This document shows, piece after piece, positions 34,102-46,100 of a DNA stretch of 64,000 nt (position 1 is the stretch's first letter; every line of letters begins with the position of its first letter). The notes below the pieces were generated by a model. It had not been told where the DNA came from, searched no databases, and saw nothing but the letters and a program-made list of their open reading frames with translations. The DNA lies in assembly GCA_030704615.1 (NCBI GenBank), contig CM060734.1, positions 41,664,001 through 41,728,000 of the forward strand. The letters are read 5' to 3'. This stretch comes from Takakia lepidozioides. Taxonomy: Eukaryota; Plantae; Bryophyta. A program made the position numbers and the translations under genes.

Positions 34102-37100
34102 TCAGAGTGTACTTCCACAAATGCAGTGACAATATTTTGCCAAAGCAGAGGAGCTGCCTGTGATGAAGCTGTTAGTATACTTGATCTGTAATTGTTCAGA
34201 AGAGCTGTGTTGTGAACATATTTGTTGCCTGCACAATGCTCGTGCAAAGATCTCTCATCACTCAAAGACTAAAGAACTAAACACGAGTGCCAAGCAATGG
34301 CCGGTGGGGCGGGGGTAGGGGTTACCTTCGTTTGGTGGTGTCCTGGTTTGATGGGCGTAGAGGAGACCTTTGTGGTGTCATTGGAGATGTGGGCTGCAAA
34401 AAGTATCATGTCAGGATCTTTAATGAACACATTTGTATTGCTGCCTAATAACCGTAATCTTGCACCCTGTAAGACATTTCTAACAAACCTTCCTAACTGC
34501 TTGAAACAGTTTTTCTTCCCCATCTGGTATCTGGTGTATTAAGCACTTCTAACATAAGATTCCCCTTTATCCATTCACCACAATCATCATGGCAGGTGTG
34601 TGATTATGTTTGTTGGTTTTCGTGAGAGAATAAAGGCTCTTATTTCTAGTACAATTCTCTTAGCACAAGCAAAACTGTTATTTTGGGGCTTTTTTGGTCC
34701 TCTCTCTAATACACTTTCTTTCTCAACAAAGGACATGGGAGGTGCAAGTCATCTAAACAAGCAGCAAAGAAATTTGGACCCACCCTGAAGTCAAAGTGTA
34801 CGTGTTGTTGATGTATTAAATCAGAAGGCTAAAAGACTTTGCATTTCAGGGCCATTCTAACATAGACAATCGACGACCTTTGATTTCATGGATTACTTGC
34901 TGGTTGTGAAACAAAAGATATATCGGAGATGCCCAGCCTGTGGCCAAGAAATGACTTATAGATAAAAGGTCTCACTGTTGTCCATCTCACACATAATTGT
35001 GCAGAGAATGTCATTCCATGAGGCAAAGAGTTACAGCTTACACCAACAATCCATGCATGTTGCATAAGTTCAACGGGCGTCATGCGCAGATTTTTGTCCC
35101 AGCACAAGCAGCCCTCCAAAAAGTTGATAAAGAGAGGGTCATTGCAGCCAATGGCAAGCGTCATGTCCTTCGTGCCAGGCCAGTGTTTCTTGCCCCATGA
35201 ATTTGCCACAATCCTTGGATTGTTATTGCTATCTGCACAAGAGCATGCAAACACAAGTCCTTTGTCTAAGTCCAAAGCTGCCTCTACCAGCAGGGGTGCA
35301 ACACTAGTCTTCTGACAATGGCTTTGTCAGCAGCAGAGAGATATTTGTAAATTGTGACATGTTCTGGCTCAACTGGTTTGTAACTGCAAATGTGGGATGA
35401 GACAGAGCTATACCAAAGAACATTTTTTTCCGGGTGGCATGGTCAAGGACAGAAGCGGGAGGCAGACCCAACACCTCCATCATGCATGCCAGCTGCTCCA
35501 CCTCATTCTCCCCTGGAAACAGCGGGTAGCCTGAGCCCCATCGATACTTCTCTATCAGACCATTGTTGTCTTCAAATAGCAACACTTCTCCATTTCATTG
35601 TCCATTAAAGGCAACATTCTACTGAAACAACATTGGGGCTACCTGAGGCTAGGCCCTCAAGGGACATCACCAAAACCTGTATTCAATGAGGACACTCTCC
35701 AATCCATGCATTGACCATGGTTTATTCTTGAGTGCATCAGGAGCTCTTTACCAGAAAAGAGCTCAGCAAGAATGCAACCAAAGCTCCAAATATCGATCGT
35801 CATGTCGTATGGCAGCCCTGCGCCCCTTCCCTTCCCTCTCTCTCTCAGCTTCCTCTTCCTGCAAACATCATGAACCTTAGCTGTGCACTTATTCAGAGAG
35901 ATGCCAGATGGTGGGATGTTCTGCTTGCAACTTCTGATGACCTTGGTTTTGAGTAATGTTGTTCTGGTGTTATGAAACATATTTTTGAATGGGAAGATCA
36001 AAAGAAGAACTTATAAGAGAAAAAAGTGACTTAACATGTGCATAAGAATGAAATTTCCTAGACAACAAGCATGGTAGACTTCATCAAACGCAAGGCTTGG
36101 CTGCTTAGAGTTGAGGGTGTTTGATATTTCACCAAGAATCACTTCAGGGGAGCGGTAAAAACGGCTCTGTACGTAGGTATAAACTGCAAAAAAGGAACCA
36201 ATCCAAAGCCGCTTGCTTCCATAAGTTTGAGATCATACTTGATGTTCAACACCCTTGACAATCCATTGGACACAACACTTGGTTCAAAGAGAATATGTTG
36301 GACAGAAAGAAAGGAATGATAGATCAAAACTTTATAATGTCCACTGGAAGCTCAAAGAGATCATCGGACAGAGGATATAGAAAACAAGAAGGAAAAGTAG
36401 GGACCCTAACAACCAGCCAAACAGAGAAGGTAGCCAAAATATTCTTTGTTTGTTTGACAGTATAGACATGCACTACTTCTGAGGCTAACTTTCCTCAATT
36501 GTAGGAGTACTGCAATGGCGATGAGAACTCAATCCAGAACAAGTATCTGTCTCTTGGGGGAGCTTTCTAGAGGAAATCTGGAAAGCTCAAACTAATTGCC
36601 TACGCCAGGATACTGTCTGTTCCCTTTTGTTCCACCAGCCACAAGGCTATGACAAACAATGTCTTTATGTGTACATTCTCTTTCTATTGCCCCAACTTTG
36701 GCTGAGGCCCTCAGCGTTGAGCACCAGAAGTGTTTTGGCAGCTTACCTTCATGAAGCCCTATATCCTCAGGTGACAGTTGGGAATCTTTTGATGTGGTTT
36801 TCTTGTTGTTCTACTTTGTCACAGACCTCAGAGGACCAACAGTGGAAGTCAAAAGTCTCTGTCGGTTTCTTTTCTTGAAGTTTCAAGTTTTCAACTAAGT
36901 GATGCCATGTGAAGGTTTGTGGAAGTTAGTAATCCCTCCTTTTCTGCTGTGTCAAACGGAACCTATGACCACAAGGCTACAGCAGGCACATTCTACAGAG
37001 TACAATTGTTGTCTTTCTCCCTGTTGCCACTCGAACTTTGGGTGCGCAAATGTGTATCAAGGAACAAAGATGGTAGTGCAAGAATGATGGAAGTGGAGAG

Positions 37101-40100
37101 TGAGGCACTTTGGCAGATGGACGGAGTGGGGTTTGAGGGGGAAGACAGGTACTTTTTTCATGGTCGAAGCAGCTGGATCCAAAGTCGATAACTTTGATCT
37201 TTGACATAGCTGGGTGTTGCAGCAATATGTTTTCAGGCTTCAAGTCGCAGTGTATAATATGCTGTTTTCGTAAAAAACACAAAGCGGCCAAGAGCTGGCT
37301 TGAAAAGCTCTTGATCACAATCAAACTAATTCCCTGCAGCCATAGTCTACAGTTTGAGGTTTGAAATCTCTAAACAGATAGGCAAGTGAATATAGTACTA
37401 GAGAGAGACAAGAGGTGATGCAAGTCCACTTCCGGCCTGCGCTAGTGACTACAGCATATGATCACACCACTTGGTGGCATTGAAGGTCTCACCCAAGTGG
37501 GCCTAAGGATCACCGTCTATACTTGCAAAGAGATTGTCAGGCACACAAATATTTGGTTACAAAATCACCAAGATTGTGCAATTGCACAACTCTGGATGGC
37601 TGCCATAATGTGCGATAAAATGTCTTGATAGTCAAGTTCGATGCAATGAAAAGTGTTTGATTTATAAGTGCCCCAATTTATATTTACAGATAAAACTTGG
37701 GGTATTTGCCAGAAGGTTTGCCCACAAAAGTTGATTCCAGTCATTGACTCACAGTGCACTGCATGAGGTTTGGATGCTGTCCCTGACAAATACCTTAGGT
37801 GTGTTTCAAAATTTATAAAATCCTTTGGGTGAGGGTCCAAACTTTTTCTGACATCCATTTGGACTTGGAAGTCACTTGTGCAACCCCATTTTTTCCTTTG
37901 ACCTCGGAGAATTTAATTAATACAGCAACTGATTGGACTGCTGAGTATTGCACATATTCACATGGGAAGAAAAAGTGCACCTGGTGCATGCATATTGACA
38001 CTACTGGCATCTCTTTCCTACAAAACACAAATATAACTATCATACCTATGTGGCATAAGGATACTAACCTGGAAGTTGTTGCGTTTGATGAGCTCGTAGA
38101 GAGAGATGTCATGGAGGGCAAAGGTGATGCATAGATGACCTCGGAAGTAGAAAGACTCAAAGATTGTAACGATATTTGTGCTCCCCGCTTCCTCTGCTGC
38201 CTGCCACACCGGGTCTTCCCTTCCCCACATCACTCACTACAGATCCCTGTTGATCAAGTGCTCTTTACCAGTTGACTCTGTGCCTGACCTGGAAAGGGAC
38301 AGACGGAGAGCTAGGTAAAAATGGGGGAAGGGACTAAGAGGGAGCAGGCATGAGGAGAGGGTGATGGACCATACAACACAAAGAGACACTTAAGTAGGGA
38401 CTTACTCGATCAGAAGTTTGAAATGAGATTTCCACTTTCAAGAACATTGCTGAAGAACAGCTTCTCCAGAATTAAGGAGCCAAGCGAAGATTGAAGCTTA
38501 ATCTTTGTCATAAGACACCAGCAAGTGGTAGGAGGGTCCCAGATTTGCTGTGTGAACTGAACCGCTTGGCCTGATAGGGATCATCTAGTTTGCGAGGACC
38601 AGAGAAGAAGACATAATCTGTCTTAAACACAAACTCGGACAAGACTTCTGATAAAGCAAGATCATAGAAGACCCACAACATCTAAATCCTTGACGAGATC
38701 AATATAGACAAAGGCGAGTGGACCTTGTCACGCAGATGCTCGAGGATTTTCACTTCCACCAGTGCCTGCTGATGGAAGCGTCGTTTGTTGCGTATCATCT
38801 TCACAGCTCGCAACACCTTGTACTTGTGGTCGGTGCACTTCAAGACTTGCCCAAAGCTGCCCTTACCCAGGATACCCAAAACCTCATATCGATACGCCAA
38901 GTGATCGTGATCTACCACATTGTAATCCCCTCTCTCATCGTCGTAGCCTGCATGATCTAATAAATCATTACCACCACTCTGTGTGTAATCCACATCCGTG
39001 AGAATGTGTTTACATGAGTATACAATTTGTGCTTGTAAACCACACAAAGATCTCTTTTTACTTTCATGTTTTCTTTCATGGTTGAAGGTGATCTGTTTCA
39101 ACAATGGGAAAGTTCAAAGCAAACAATGAATGAGCCCATAGTTGTATAACAACATTGATAAGAGGGTGATTGCATGCACACACAGAGAGGTAAACCACTA
39201 AATGGGGGCAGCAGGCTGTGTTTTCACTGGAATCATACTCCAGATTTGTGGGAGGCTGGAAGGGCACTGACCAAAATTGCAGTTTCCTGTGGAGCTGGAA
39301 GGCTGAAGCTTTTGACTATCAAGTCCAAGAAAGTAGGTTTGAGCATAAGGTAGAATTTCACGCTGCTCGAAATCCGTCATGTGGGTTGTACATTGCCTTA
39401 GTATCACTGTGTTATCCCCATGAAAATTCCAACAAATCAAGAACACTCAGTTCTGCGCAACAAGCACAGCTATGGCGTTGTGTATCATGAGCAGAAAGCT
39501 TTGGGTTGTTAGGTCACAGAATCACTTTGAGGAACTGAATTTGAGATGAGTTTAGAGGCAGAGCAGTCCGGACTACAAGACCAATGCCTAATTGCCACTC
39601 ATGTATGAGCAATAGGAGGATTCGAGCAGCTTAATTTCAGAGCTGTCTTCTGCAGGTTATCTTCCTCACAAGCATGTCCAAGCTTTTAGCTCTAAAGGTT
39701 GTCACCACTTGGTTTCCACTGCTACTGTTCAGAGCATATCTGGTACTTATGGAGGAGTGGGGATCTACAATCCTTCAGTCTATTCTTCAGCTAAGGCTCA
39801 TCAGAAGAATCACCATGTCACAGCATTCTTCTACATGTTTACCTTTTAGAGCCCATTCAGGTTTGGGGCCTGTTTGTGGCTTGCGCTTCAAGATACTTTT
39901 AGAAGATTGAGCTTCATGTTTTCCATTCATGTATAACAAGGGCCTGCGCCTTTGTCTTTAGCCTATGGCCTCTTTTATTGCCTTGGGACTTCTTGTCCTT
40001 TTGCCATTCCTCACCTTGCCTTTTAAGGATTTTCTTTCCTTTTGCTGAGGTGTTCTTAAGATGTCTTCTTTAAAAAAAATCAGTCTTTCATCTAGCCTAT

Positions 40101-43100
40101 TCCTCATGTGGCGAGAGAAACCAAGAAATGAACTTTACCATGTCCACAAGAGAATAGAGAGAGAGAGACATACTGTCAGGGGCGGCTGCAGCACCAGGAG
40201 AGGGAACAGGTACCAGGGCTGCAGCGCTTTTCTGCAAACCACAGAAGACAAAAGAGAATCAGGTACTTGTGTTTTAAATCACCCATTTAATCAAAGGAAC
40301 CAAAGATACCACAGACAGGGTATTTGCAACCATGGTTTGATTATGACTACACCTCACAGGGGAAACACATGAAGATGAAGTGAAGGGAGATTCAACAGGT
40401 TCTTTGTGGTTAGGATGTACTCATAAGACATTTGCAATAGCCTTGTGACCATAGACCCAGCACCCAGTTTGGGTGGAACAAGAGGGACAGACATTTGTGA
40501 AGGGCTCACTCCAGTAGTGGGACTGACCTTGATGCAAATAATTAGTTGGGGCTTTCAGATGTCCTCTACAAGGCCCTTCACACAAGCATCAATCTGCCGT
40601 GTGTGAGCTGCCCAGCAATTAGACCCCAACAGGGCCAGGGCTCTAGGCTCAGCCTTAAGATTTTGAAAGTTGGTGAACAGAGGTGCAGGACAATGTTCTT
40701 GATGGTCCTGAAGAGAGTTGCTCTCTGATGAGAATACCCCTGACAAAGCAAATATATCCAAATATCTCCATACATACAATTAAAGGTGACCAACAGAGAA
40801 GTACTGAGAAAATTTGATCGACGGTAGAGGGGTTTTCAGAAGAGAACCAGAAAAAAACAGCAAAGAAAAGAAAAACAGATGCAAGAAAAACAAAAAAAGG
40901 ACAAAATAGACACGGATACAAACAGAACGAACACTGATCAATTTTGAACCCGTAAACTGAGAATAGCGGTATAGACTTGGTGAATGTCTCTCACCAATCC
41001 ATTGACCAAGAACAACAACATGTATGGTAGTGACAAACCACCATCACTTCCCCACTACCTTCGTCAGCTCCCCACAAAGCATGGATAGATTGTACTCATA
41101 AGACGTTGTTTGCCGTAGCCTTGTGGCCATTGACCCCGCGCCCAGTTTGAGCGGAAACAAAAGGGACGGAACCTACCTCTGTCAGGGGCTGACGTTGGTA
41201 GTAAGACTTACCTTCATATAAAGAATTAATCCGGGTTTTCCAGATATCCTCTAGAAATCCCTTCACACAAGCATCAATCTGCTGTGTGTGATTTGCCCAA
41301 AAACTAGGCCTCAGGAGGGTTCTCTTGATAGATTTGAAGAGAGCGTCTCTTTGGTGAGAGAACCCCGGACACTGTATCAGAAAATGAATACTGTCTTCAG
41401 GTTGCCCACACAACGGGCAATTGCACTCTCCCTTTCCTCTCTGCTTCTGTTTGCTGTTCAAAGGTAGGCTTCCTGCCCTGAGTTTAAATTTCAGTCTAGT
41501 GCCGAGAGTGGGTAGACCCTTGAGGTCATCCAAGATGTCCTCCCCCATGTCACTGACTGGAAACAAGTTCAGGGAAGTTTTCTGCCTAACTTCATTTTCA
41601 TCAGACAATCTCGTGGCAACAGACATGGCTCTGGACACTACAGCCTCTAAGTCAGATTTATCCAGCAGCGGTTCCAGGTCCAGGTCCTTGAGAATCTCTT
41701 CTACTCTCTTCTGCCAGGACTTAGCCTGTTTGACAGGGCGGTCCTGTTTCCAAGATATAGAGTCGATTAACTTAGGATATCTGGTGTTGGACGTATGTTG
41801 CAGCTGACCAAATCTTCTGACCTTGAATTCATCTCGTCGGGAGCTTAAGGACGGAATGCCAAACTCACCCCAACAGCCACATTGGCTGTTTTGGAGCATG
41901 CTGACATACACTCCTTAAGCACCCCCGCTTGAATGGATTCTAAAGACTTAGCCTGGTTGGAGTTATCAACCCATATTGCAGATCTGTACTCCAAGGCAGG
42001 TCTAATAATGCGACAAAGCATGGTGTTCTTAACCTCAGAGTTGACCCCTCTGCAGTGGAAAACTTTAGTGAGCCCCAGAGCTTTGCCCTTGCCAGTTTGA
42101 ACAACTTTCCGCATCCCAATTACAATTGGAGGAAAACTCAATGCCCAGGTAAGTGTAGGAAGGGATCGGGATCTCTTGGCTACCCCACTGCCACTTAAGA
42201 TCACTTCCTCCCTCTCCTCTGTCGTTGAATGCTACCACTGCACATTTGCTGACATTAGCCTCTAGCCCCCAAAGATCAAAGTATCTCTTCGCGCAATCAA
42301 TCAACTCCTGGAGATTGGTTGGAGTCTCCCCTATGCCTGCGAAGTCATCCGCAAACATAAGGGCTGGTATGGTGGTATCACCCACCCTTTGAGGAGCGTG
42401 ATGCCACGGTAGTTCCCCGGTTCTTCTCGGTCACCCTTCTTGTGTAGATTGACAATGACCCCCTGTCGCCAGCGAAAGGGGATCTTTTCAGTCTTCCAGA
42501 TAAGGTTAAAGAGGAGAACTAGGGCCTCTATCATGGGATCGCCACCGTGCTTGATAAGCTCGTTGACAATTCCATCAGGTCCACCAGCTTTATATCCGTT
42601 TAAATGTTCAATTGCTTCCACAATCTCAGAAGAACTAATGGGAGCATTATAAGCCATTGAAATATACTCCAGTTCATCAGGGCTGTTTTGAATCATAGGA
42701 ACAGTTTTTCCAACTGTGTCCCTCCATTCAGCAGAAGACCCCTCACTGTTAGACCTAGAAGTTCTGCCAAGGATACTGTAGTGAGTTTCAAAGGTTTTGA
42801 CAATGTCAACCGATGAAGTCACCACTGCACCTTTAGTAGTCTTCAGCGCTTGTACTTGCTGACCGTTTTTCGGCTTGTACAAACGTTGAAAGGCCAACCA
42901 GAATTTCTTGTCATTACCACCAAGGTGGTTTGAGTTTATTTCACTGTATAACTTGTCCCAGTATAATTTCTTCTGAGACCTAACAAGCTGATTGATATCT
43001 TTACGGAGCTGGTAGAGTACCTCGCCCACAATTCTCTGTTGGTTTTGAAATTGCAGCACTCTTTATAGAGGGCTCATCTCTCAGCTATCTTGAGTTTAAT

Positions 43101-46100
43101 CTCATTGGTCCACCAATTAACAGCTCTACCGCAGACAATTAGTTTCCTCCCAATGATCTTGTCAGCCACAGAGGAAACGAAACTCTCCCAAGAGTCCACT
43201 GCTCTTTCGACTTCATTTCTTGCGTTGTCAGAGCGAGACTGAAGTTCTTGGAGCGATTGGACAAAATGAGGGAGAGCCTCTTGCAAGGCCTGGACATACT
43301 CAGCCTTGACCTCCTCATTATGGAATTTTTCTATGCGCCACTTCCGAATCAAACATTTCACAGATCTCTTGGTGTTGGGAAAATACCTTTTGATCTCAGT
43401 CCAAACCAGGAAGTGGTCAGAGGTACCAATATCAGTTCTGTCGATCAACACATTGGCACACTGGGGAAACAAATTTTTGTCCATTATGATATAGTCCACA
43501 ATGGAACGTTTCCCAGTTTGGGATTTCTCACGAGTCCACTGCACTTGGTCACCTCTTGTCCTGTTATTCAAGGTCAAAAGCTGAAGCTCTTCCAGACAGT
43601 TAATTAACCGTCTGCCATTAGAATTCAGCTCGTCCTCACCAAAAGGCCCAATGATATCGTCCTGATGGAGACCTTTGCCCACCCGGGCATTGAAGTCACC
43701 CAATAGAACCACCTGACCTTTGGCAAGGAACGAAGCACAGTCCAGCTTTACATGTTCGAAGGCTTTGTCTGCGTCAACACTAAGGGTCCCCTCTGTGGGC
43801 ATGTATACACACCCCACAAAGAGGTCCTTCGTATTCACGCCCTTCAGATTCAGAGATACTATGCTCATACCTCAAACCCTTGTTGATAATTTCACAATTA
43901 TCAAACAAGAAATCGAGGACAAAGAATCCAACCCCTTTTTGGCCGCGTTTGGCAGAGGCAGCCTTGAGAGTACACATCTTACCCTTGAAAGCATGGATAG
44001 AATGTACTCATAAGACGCTGTTTGCCGTAGCCTTGTGGCCATTGCCCCCGCTCCCAGTTTGAGTGGAACACAAAGCATGGATAGATTGTACTCATAAGAC
44101 GTTGTTTGCCGTAGCCTTGTGGCCATTGACCCCGCGCCCAGTTTGAGCGGGAACAAAAGGGACAGAACCTACCTCTGTCAGGGGCTGACGTTGGTAGTAA
44201 GACTTACCTCCATATAAAGAATTAATCCGGGTATTCCAGATATCCTCTAGAAATCCCTTCACACAAGCATCAATCTGCTGTGTGTGATTTGCCCAAAAAC
44301 TAGGCCTCAGGAGGGCCTGGGCTTTTGGCTCAGCCTCGAGACTTTCAAAGTTGGTAAACTGGGGTACAGGCACAATTCCCTTAATAGATTTGAAGAGAGC
44401 GTCACTTTGGTGAGAGAACCCCGGACAGTGTATCAGAAAATGAATACTGTCTTCAGATTGCCCACACAACGGGCAATTGCACTCTCCCTTTCCTCTCTGC
44501 TTCTGTTTGCTGTTCAAAGGTAGGCTTCCTGCCCTGAGTTTAAATTTCAGTCTAGTGCCGAGAGTGGGTAGACCCTTGAGGTCATCCAAGATGTCCTCCC
44601 CCATGTCACAGACTGGAAACAAGTTCAGGGAAGTTTTCTGCCTAACTTCATTTTCATCAGACAATCTCATGGCAACAGACATGGCTGAGGACACTAAAGC
44701 CTCTAAGTCAGATTTATCCAGCAGGGTCAAGACTTGCGGATCCAGGTCCAGGTCCTTGAGGATCTCTTCTACTCTCTTCTGCCAGGACTTAGCCTGTTTG
44801 ACAGGGCGGTCCTGTTTCCAAGATATAGAGTAGATTAACTTAGGATATCTGGTGTTGGGCATATGTTGCAGCTGACCCCACCATCTGACCTTGAATTCAT
44901 CTCGTCGGGAGCTTAAGGACGGGACGCCAAACTCACCCCGAACAGCCACATTGGCTGTTTTGGAGCATGCTGACATACACTCCTTAAGCACCCCCACTTG
45001 AATGGATTCTAGAGACTTAGCCTGGTTGGAGTTATCAACCCATATAGCAGATCCGTACTCCAAGGCAGGTCTAATAACGCGACAAAGCATGGTTTTCTTA
45101 ACCTCAGAGTTGACCCCTCTGCAGTGGAAAAATTTAGTGAGCCCCAGAGCTTTGCCCTTGCCAGTTTGAACAACTTTCCGGATATGTGCATCCCAATTAC
45201 AATTGGAGGAGAACTCAACGCCCAGGTAAGTGTAGGAAGGGAGGACTGGGATCTCTTGGCTACCCCACTGCCACTTAAGATCACTTCCTCCCTCTCCTCT
45301 GTCGTTGAATGCTACCACTGCACATTTGCTGACATTAGCCTTTAGCCCCCAAAGATCAAAGTATCTCTTCGCGCAATCAATCAACTCCTGGAGATTGGTT
45401 GGAGTCTCCCCTATGCCTGCGAAGTCATCCGCAAACATAAGGGCTGGTATGGTGGTATCACCCACCCTTAACCCAAATCCCTCACTTTCCACATCCTCGA
45501 GGAGTTTATTGATGAAAACATTGAAGAGCAGAGGGGAGAGAGTACATCCTTGAGCTACACCTTGGTCTATGTCAAAGAAGTTGGACTTCTGTCCATTAAC
45601 AGTGACACAGCTTTTGGTGTGAGCATACAAGTTGTGGACAACTCTCCACATCTTTCCCTTGATCCCACAAGACCAGAGGCGGAACCATAGGCCATCTCTC
45701 CACACTGTGTCATAAGCCTTTTTGACATCCAGGAAAAAGACATAAGTGGGTTTCCCTTCTTTTTTCCTTCCCTGGATAATCTGACTTAGAGTGAAGATAT
45801 GATCCACACAGCCCCTGTTTTGCCGAAAGCCAGCTTGGCCTTCGTGGAAACAACCTCTAGACTCCAGATCAACCTCGAGACGAGTACTTATAACTCTGCA
45901 GAATGTCTTGCCAACAGCATTGAGGAGCGTGATGCCACGGTAGTTCCCCGGTTCTTCTCTGTCACCCTTCTTGTATAGATTGACAATGACCCCCTGTCGC
46001 CAGCGAAAGGGGATCTTTTCAGTCTTCCAGATAAGGTTAAAGAGGAGAACTAGGGCCTCTATCATGGGATCGCCACCGTGCTTGATAAGCTCGTTGACAA

